A DNA stretch of 64,000 bases from Bacteroidales bacterium (lineage in GTDB: Bacteria > Bacteroidota > Bacteroidia > Bacteroidales > VadinHA17), in assembly GCA_003141715.1 (NCBI GenBank), contig PLNF01000025.1, forward strand, positions 8,011 through 72,010, read 5' to 3'. The notes beneath the pieces are model-generated. The model was not told where the DNA came from. It saw nothing but the letters and a program-made list of their open reading frames with translations, and ran no database searches. A program made the position numbers and the translations under genes. Below are positions 58,205-64,000 of this stretch, in pieces; positions within the stretch are counted from its first letter, which is position 1; each line of letters begins with the position of its first letter.

Positions 58205-58588
58205 TTATTTCCTGGAACTTAAAATTTCAATTATTCCATAAGAGACCATTAAAAAAGCAACCTTTCTGTTATTGAATAAAATAGCAAGTTTTGGAGGAGT
58301 AATCAGGATGGCGCCATCCTTTTCAAGTCTATCTAATTCTGCCCCAAAATCATCAACTTCATAACAAAGGTGATAATAACTGATTCTCTTCTTTAATATC
58401 GATTCAACCTGTTTACCTGAGATTAATTCCATTTTTAATCCCTCGTCAATTGTCAGTAAGCATAATTCAGCGTTTTGTTCCTGATCAAAAACAACAGGGC
58501 TCTGATCTAAAATCCTGTGAATTTTAGCTATTTCGGCTATTTCCTCAATAATATTCCGACATGCAATTCCAATGTGGTGAAACCTCAT
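58205..58588 (-). CDS. VOC-family protein (glyoxalase/methylmalonyl-CoA-epimerase-like)
   Basis: MRFHHIGIACRNI N-terminus and a second half-site, HLCYEVDD. 127 aa. Confidence 0.7.
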   Translation of the reverse strand: MRFHHIGIACRNIIEEIAEIAKIHRILDQSPVVFDQEQNAELCLLTIDEGLKMELISGKQVESILKKRISYYHLCYEVDDFGAELDRLEKDGAILITPPKLAILFNNRKVAFLMVSYGIIEILSSRK

Positions 58589-58605
58589 CTCCGGGTTTTA
58601 AAATA

Positions 58606-58854
58606 TTATAGTAATCTCGATAAAACTGAATTTATAATTTCTCCTGCATTGGTCCAGCTTTGGATCTCTTTTGATGTAAATCTAATTTTATAGTGCTTTT
58701 CTAATGCTACCACAAGATGAATGTGAATTAATGAATCCCAACCCTCCACATCGTTTTGAGTCGTTTTTTCATCTATACGGATTTCTTCATTATCAAGTAA
58801 CTCCACAAAGATTTTATTAAGTTGTTCCAATATATCAATTCTGTTCAAATCCAT
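58606..58854 (-). CDS. discrete acyl carrier protein
   Basis: 82 aa. DVEGWDSLIHIHLV with Ser at 58732-58734. The start overlaps the FkbH 3' end by 20 nt. Confidence 0.75.
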   Translation of the reverse strand: MDLNRIDILEQLNKIFVELLDNEEIRIDEKTTQNDVEGWDSLIHIHLVVALEKHYKIRFTSKEIQSWTNAGEIINSVLSRLL

Positions 58855-60577
58855 TTTCTTTACTATTAATAAAGCACTTCTTATTCTTCAAATCTGTCAC
58901 ATTTAATATCCACAATTTATCTTTCTGTTTAAAGCCAAGATTCAGATAATGATCTTTTACCATCTCATTTTTACCTGTTTTTATGAATTCACCAATTAAA
59001 TTGGTAAAACCTTTTTCCCTGGCGAATTGTCCAATAGTGTTTAATACAAAGTTCTCCACACCCCTGTTAATTACTCTGCAACTCATAAGCCAGGTATCAA
59101 TAAACAAATTGATTTCATCCATTTCTCTAAGAATGATAATGCAAATCAGTCCGTTATCTCCAAACTTATCTTCAAGAGTGAATGAAAAAGAGTAGAATTC
59201 TTTTGAGAGGGAAATCGATTCAATTTCTTTTTCGGTGTATCTAATGGTACGTAAGTTGAATTGATTTGAACGTTGTGTCAATTGTGCAACACGGGGCGCG
59301 TTAAATTTATTAAATGGCAGGACCAGGGACATCATTTTTAAACTCTTTAAAAACTCATCTTCATTTATGAAACTCTTTTTTATTTCTGTACGCAGGGTCT
59401 CAAGCTGATATTGTTTTGTTCTGTCAGTATCTTCATTGGAAATTGAAGCAATTTCAAAAAGATTTAAAGCATACAAATATTCCAGATAATCGGCAGGATC
59501 TTCTGGTAAATCAGGTACAACAATCTCAGGAATGTTTTCCTTAACCAGGTTTCGTTCAGAAGGGTTATCATCCAGGAATACCATCGAATCAAAACCAATG
59601 TTAAGGATACTCTGTATTTGCCTTATATTATGGACTTTATTTTCCCAATTGGCCATAAAGACAGCAAAATCATCAATGTGAAGCACCATCTCAGGATGTT
59701 TTTCAAATGGTTCTTTTGCAACCGACTCTTTGTTTTTACTGCAAACAGCCAGAATTATGCCCCTGTTTTTCAGTTTTTTTATCCAGTATTGAAATTCGGT
59801 AAAAGCTTTCCCAATTCCTAAATTTCCAATTTCAATGTTTTCTATACCATCATCACCAATAATTCCTCCCCAGATGGTATTATCTAAATCGAGAATCAAA
59901 CATTTTTTAAACTTTCCATACAATGCGGAGATGAGCTCAAGATTCCGGGAAGCAATATATGGCAGAATGTCAATACTTAGAACTATCTCAGAGTTGATAT
60001 ATATAGAGGGTTGGAACATGGTGGATTTACCTGCCTGATTTTGAATTGATGAAATATCGCAGAGATAGAAATCAGTGTGTTTGCTGGCGTATTGCATCAC
60101 TTCATAATTCAGCTTACGCAGTTGAAATAAAAAAGATGAATCAGTTTTGTTGGCAAAGTTGCCAAATACAGAATCATTTACTTCAGGGTAGTTATAAAAA
60201 ATAATTTTAGTTTTAAGGTCTCTAATTAATGCCTGATATATATTATCAATCAACTTTAACTGGTTATCAGCTAATGTATTGTATTGCTTAATCTCAAGTT
60301 TATTAAATTTATTTAATAGTTTGTGGGTAGACTGAAAAATAATAACAACTTCAGGATTAAACTTATATAATTCAGATGCAGTATCAAAAACCTGACGTTC
60401 AATCTGGTCAAAATCCGCTTCAAAAATTATCAGATCAAATCCAAAATCGAAACCTGTTCCTCGCAATGCCTGCACAAGAAACTGAGTTGCAGTATCTCCC
60501 AGAACAGCCATTCTGACAGATTTCAAATTTGTGAAATCACATTTTAAATTCTTCTTTAATTGCAAAAAAGACTTCAT
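58835..60577 (-). CDS. stand-alone FkbH-like protein (HAD-IIIC family)
   Basis: LILDLDNTIWGG (DLDNT at 59876-59890). MSCRVINRGVENF (Cys at 59078-59080). I prefer the ATG at 60577: the track's 60727 start would overlap the upstream NRPS by 89 nt. Confidence 0.85.
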   Translation of the reverse strand: MKSFLQLKKNLKCDFTNLKSVRMAVLGDTATQFLVQALRGTGFDFGFDLIIFEADFDQIERQVFDTASELYKFNPEVVIIFQSTHKLLNKFNKLEIKQYNTLADNQLKLIDNIYQALIRDLKTKIIFYNYPEVNDSVFGNFANKTDSSFLFQLRKLNYEVMQYASKHTDFYLCDISSIQNQAGKSTMFQPSIYINSEIVLSIDILPYIASRNLELISALYGKFKKCLILDLDNTIWGGIIGDDGIENIEIGNLGIGKAFTEFQYWIKKLKNRGIILAVCSKNKESVAKEPFEKHPEMVLHIDDFAVFMANWENKVHNIRQIQSILNIGFDSMVFLDDNPSERNLVKENIPEIVVPDLPEDPADYLEYLYALNLFEIASISNEDTDRTKQYQLETLRTEIKKSFINEDEFLKSLKMMSLVLPFNKFNAPRVAQLTQRSNQFNLRTIRYTEKEIESISLSKEFYSFSFTLEDKFGDNGLICIIILREMDEINLFIDTWLMSCRVINRGVENFVLNTIGQFAREKGFTNLIGEFIKTGKNEMVKDHYLNLGFKQKDKLWILNVTDLKNKKCFINSKENGFEQN

Positions 60578-60638
60578 ATAAATATGCAAAAAGATAATTT
60601 GATCTCCTCTCTGACAATCCTTAACAACATTTGTCTCT

Positions 60639-63600
60639 TTAAATTTCTCCTTCAATAATTTTAGGATTTGACAGAGTTGTTTTATTTGCAGAAATATTTT
60701 TGACTTTATTCTGACGTGCAATATCAATTGCCTCAGCTAAATCCTTTATTCTTGGACTATCAAAGAAAACTCTTAATCCCCACTCAAGATTAAATGCAGA
60801 TTCTATCTTTGAAAAGACTGATATAGCTAAAAGAGAATTTCCTCCTATTTCAAAGAAATTATCTGTTATTGATATTTCTTCAGTCTTTAGAGCTTCACTC
60901 CAGAATTTATGAATTATATTTTCTGTAGGTGTAAGAGTTTTACTTTCAACAATTTTCCTGAATTCCGGCTCTTTTACATCAAAAATACGTGATTTCCTGT
61001 CAATTTTCCCGTTAATAGTTTTAGGGAACCCGTGCATGAATTTGTATGCTGATGGCACCATATAAGAAGGCAATTTTGCTTTTATAAGTCTGCCAATTTC
61101 TTTTGGATCCATATAAGATGATTCCGGAACATTCAAAAAAGCTACCAGCATATAATCTCCAACTTCAACTTTTGCGGGCTTGACTACTGTTTCTATAATA
61201 CCATCTATCTCTGAGATGACTGATTCAATCTCCTCCAACTCAACCCTGAATCCTCTTATTTTAAATTGATTATCAACCCTGCCATGAAATTCGATGTTTC
61301 CGTCCGGTAACCACTTAGCGCGATCACCTGTCCTGTAGAGTCTTTCTGCAGGATTATGAGGATTAGCTATATAACTAGTTTTATTTAAATCTTCTCTGTT
61401 CAAATATCCCATTGAAAGACCATCGCCTCCAACGTATAACTCCCCGATAACTCCTATCGGCTGATAATTCATGTTACTATCAAAAATATAGGCAGTGGAA
61501 TTGCTTACTGGTTTGCCAATTGGAATGTTATTCTCAAAATCTCGGTCAATCAAATAGGTTGTTGAAAATGTTGTATTCTCTGTAGGTCCGTAGCCGTTTA
61601 TAACTTTCAGCTTTGGATTATCTTTCCGCACCCTATTTATGTGAGAGGTTGACAGAACGTCCCCTCCTACAAGCAAATACTTTAGTTTGCTGAATATATC
61701 TGCGTGTGACTCTGAAATCTGCGTGAATAACGATGATGACAACCAAAGAATGGTAATATTATTCTTATGAAGTTCTTCACCCAGGGTTTTCGGATCGAGA
61801 ATAGTCTCCTTCTCTTCAAGATACAGGGTACCTCCGTTCAACAGAGCACCCCATATTTCAAAAGTTGTTGCATCAAATACTATTGCCCCTGTAAGGAGTA
61901 TTCTATCGGCCGATGTAATTTCAATATAGTTTGTATTCCGAACAAGTCTGACTACACCGTACTGAGGTATCAAACTCCCCTTGGGAACTCCTGTAGTCCC
62001 TGACGTGTACATGATATAGGCAAGATCTGAAGACTTGTTTCTCGTCTTAGGGTTTGATTTTTCTTCAGCATAAGAACCAGGATTGTTCAGGTTTAATCTA
62101 GTAACATTATCTAAATATATGCTCATGCTTTTGTCCTGAACGAGGAGTACTTTACATCCTGAGTCCTTAATAATGAAATTGATTCTCATTGAAGGGTAAT
62201 CTGGATCAATGGGCACATAAACTCCGCCTGCTTTTAGAATACCAAGGATCCCCACTATCACAGCTAAAGACTTTTCTGCCAGAATTCCCACAGGTGTATT
62301 TCTTCCGACTCCAATCTTAATTAGATTATTGGCTAATTGATTTGCTTTATAATTTAATTGTTTATAGGTCAATGATTCTTCTTTAAAAACCAAGGCTGTT
62401 TTATCCGGATAAATAGAAACCTGCTCTTCGAATAACTGGATAATTGTTTTATCTTTTGGATAGTCAATATGAGTATTGTTAAAACCATCGATCTTTACTT
62501 TCTCCTCATCAGTAATTAAAGGAAGCGATTCAAGAGCAGCATCAGATTTTTCAACCAGATTATTTACTAAACTCAAGAAGTTGTTCCTAAACTGGAGTAT
62601 AGTTTCATGTTTCAATAAATCGGTAGAATATTCAATCTCACCTTCAATTATTCCTTCACTTTCCCAGAGATATATTGTAATATCAAATGGAGTAGTTCTA
62701 AGTTTTTCAGATACCTTAATGCTTCTGATACAGTCCAGCTTCAATGGAACGTTCAGATTATTCTGCCAGACAAAACCTATCTGAAATATTGGATTAACGC
62801 TGGGAAAACGTTCCGGATTCACAATTTCCACGATAGTTTCAAACGGGAGTTCCTTATGAGCTATTGCATTTAAAGCAACTTGATCAGTTTGGTGAATTAG
62901 TTTTCTAAATGTAAGCTCTTTGTTGAATTTAAGCCGTACAACTATCGTATTGACAAACATTCCAAAAACATTCTCAAGTTTTGAATGAGAACGGGAAGCC
63001 ACCGGTAATCCAATGTTAATATCAACTTCGCCTGAATATTTATGTATCTGAATCCCAAATGTGCTCAACATTGTGGAAAACAGTGAAATACCCTCTTCCT
63101 TACTTATTTCTCTGAGTTTATCTGATAATTCCTGTGAAAATCTAATGACTTCGTAACCACCTTTTCCTGTCGGCTGACTCCTTCGTTGAAAATCATATGG
63201 AAAATTAAGAATCGGGGACGCCTCTTTTAAATTGTCTTTCCAGAATTCAATTAATTCATTCTCAACACTAAAATTTGAATAGCTATTTTCCCAATGAGCA
63301 TAATCATATTGTTGAAATTCAACTTTTTCCAGATCGATCTCTTTCCTTTCTAACAAATTGTTATAGATTTTATTAAGATCCTTAACAAATACACCCCATG
63401 ACCAACCATCAAAAATTATATGATGAATACTAAAATGGAAATAATATTCATTGATACTAGTCATAATAAGGTACAAACGATACAATGGACCATTTCTCAG
63501 ATCGAAGGCCTTTTCAGAATCTGCATTAAGGATCTCATTTACTTTCTTTTCTTTCTCATTTTCTGGCAGTCCTGAATAATCAATAAATTCAAGATTAACT

Positions 63601-64000
63601 TCTGATAGAACTATATCACAATAAGGTTCTCCATCAATTTCCTTAATTACAGAAAATACGATGTGATGCCGCTGGAATAAAATCTCCAAACTCTTTTTAA
63701 ATACTTCACGATCAAGATAACCAACAAGATGATAAGTAAACGAGATAATGTATGACGGTATAGCAGGCTGTAATTTTGAAATAACCCATAACCTTTTCTG
63801 ATTTTTTGTAAGGGGTAAATTCGTTGTTTCAGTCAAATGGATCAATTCAATTGCTTTTTCTGAGCTTCCGGCTCGATTTTCAATTAAGACACTTAATTGT
63901 TTTATTGTAGAATTAGCAATTAATGCTCCAAAGGTCAAAGAAAATCCAAGCTCTTCCCTTATTTTATTAATGAGTCTGATTGCCAATAACGAATTGGCTC
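60639..64000 (-). CDS. NRPS, partial: ...T-C-A-T (5' end beyond right window edge; A code DAFWLGGTFK, Val-like)
   Basis: The frame stays open to the window edge and reads ...ANSLLAIRLINKI (a T-domain motif). C: LPLTKNQKRLW and HHIIFDGWS. A: YTSGTTGVPKG, FDAT, NGYGPTENT, PKTINGKIDR. T: FFEIGGNSLLAI (Ser at 60834-60836). Confidence 0.95.
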   Translation of the reverse strand, partial: ANSLLAIRLINKIREELGFSLTFGALIANSTIKQLSVLIENRAGSSEKAIELIHLTETTNLPLTKNQKRLWVISKLQPAIPSYIISFTYHLVGYLDREVFKKSLEILFQRHHIVFSVIKEIDGEPYCDIVLSEVNLEFIDYSGLPENEKEKKVNEILNADSEKAFDLRNGPLYRLYLIMTSINEYYFHFSIHHIIFDGWSWGVFVKDLNKIYNNLLERKEIDLEKVEFQQYDYAHWENSYSNFSVENELIEFWKDNLKEASPILNFPYDFQRRSQPTGKGGYEVIRFSQELSDKLREISKEEGISLFSTMLSTFGIQIHKYSGEVDINIGLPVASRSHSKLENVFGMFVNTIVVRLKFNKELTFRKLIHQTDQVALNAIAHKELPFETIVEIVNPERFPSVNPIFQIGFVWQNNLNVPLKLDCIRSIKVSEKLRTTPFDITIYLWESEGIIEGEIEYSTDLLKHETILQFRNNFLSLVNNLVEKSDAALESLPLITDEEKVKIDGFNNTHIDYPKDKTIIQLFEEQVSIYPDKTALVFKEESLTYKQLNYKANQLANNLIKIGVGRNTPVGILAEKSLAVIVGILGILKAGGVYVPIDPDYPSMRINFIIKDSGCKVLLVQDKSMSIYLDNVTRLNLNNPGSYAEEKSNPKTRNKSSDLAYIMYTSGTTGVPKGSLIPQYGVVRLVRNTNYIEITSADRILLTGAIVFDATTFEIWGALLNGGTLYLEEKETILDPKTLGEELHKNNITILWLSSSLFTQISESHADIFSKLKYLLVGGDVLSTSHINRVRKDNPKLKVINGYGPTENTTFSTTYLIDRDFENNIPIGKPVSNSTAYIFDSNMNYQPIGVIGELYVGGDGLSMGYLNREDLNKTSYIANPHNPAERLYRTGDRAKWLPDGNIEFHGRVDNQFKIRGFRVELEEIESVISEIDGIIETVVKPAKVEVGDYMLVAFLNVPESSYMDPKEIGRLIKAKLPSYMVPSAYKFMHGFPKTINGKIDRKSRIFDVKEPEFRKIVESKTLTPTENIIHKFWSEALKTEEISITDNFFEIGGNSLLAISVFSKIESAFNLEWGLRVFFDSPRIKDLAEAIDIARQNKVKNISANKTTLSNPKIIEGEI

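Noticed and set aside
60578-60727. N-terminal 50-aa extension of the FkbH ORF given by the track
   Set aside because: It would overlap the upstream NRPS by 89 nt. The internal ATG at 60577 gives a protein collinear with the embedded FkbH domain.
43075-62784. Numerous 60-130-aa plus-strand ORFs inside the NRPS/PKS genes (e.g. 43075-43473, 45491-45883, 54408-54731, 62476-62784)
   Set aside because: They are antisense to long ORFs with unambiguous NRPS/PKS motifs. Their peptides are low in complexity, as expected for spurious reverse-frame ORFs in AT-rich DNA.

Overview
This AT-rich window looks like Bacteroidota: it has a PorP/SprF gene, two cargo proteins with T9SS C-terminal sorting domains, and no visible Shine-Dalgarno dependence. 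I saw no rRNA, tRNA or CRISPR.

**Left part (1-8.8 kb).** Housekeeping and accessory genes: a GH29 fucosidase running off the left edge, a PorP/SprF gene paired with a PD40/SPOR protein, an orphan SiaC/DUF1987 gene, an IS200-like/RAYT tyrosine transposase bracketed by REP-like hairpins, and a WbaP-type initiating sugar phosphotransferase.

**8.8-12 kb.** A small toxin islet holds a class II Fic gene and two MNT/HEPN pairs, one with a gutted HEPN. It is punctuated by three arrays of a 7-nt repeat (NTKGAAC) that no listed feature explains.

**12-26 kb.** Exopolysaccharide accessory and export genes: two beta-helix T9SS cargo proteins, tandem methyltransferase-like paralogs, a deacetylase-like membrane protein, a PP-loop protein, and Wza/Wzc.

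**25.8-64 kb.** One uninterrupted minus-strand array of 27 genes.
- A hybrid NRPS/PKS line comes first. It comprises a partial T-C-A-T NRPS, a stand-alone FkbH, an ACP, a VOC protein, an exported esterase and an MT-ACP fusion. These are followed by a 3288-aa C-FkbH-T-KS-AT-T-C-A-T megasynthase, a C-A-T NRPS, a thioesterase with a docking domain and an Sfp-type PPTase.
- It runs with only a 6-nt spacer into a Wzx/Wzy-dependent glycan locus. That locus encodes the flippase, a nitroreductase, a pyruvyl transferase, DUF1919, the polymerase, glycosyltransferases, an acetyltransferase, the FnlABC UDP-L-FucNAc genes and a TagA-type GT.

This physical and probably transcriptional fusion of a glycerate-loading NRPS/PKS line with a capsule-type glycan pathway is the most likely undescribed system here. 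All calls come from reading the sequence and the ORF translations by eye; no database search was run.
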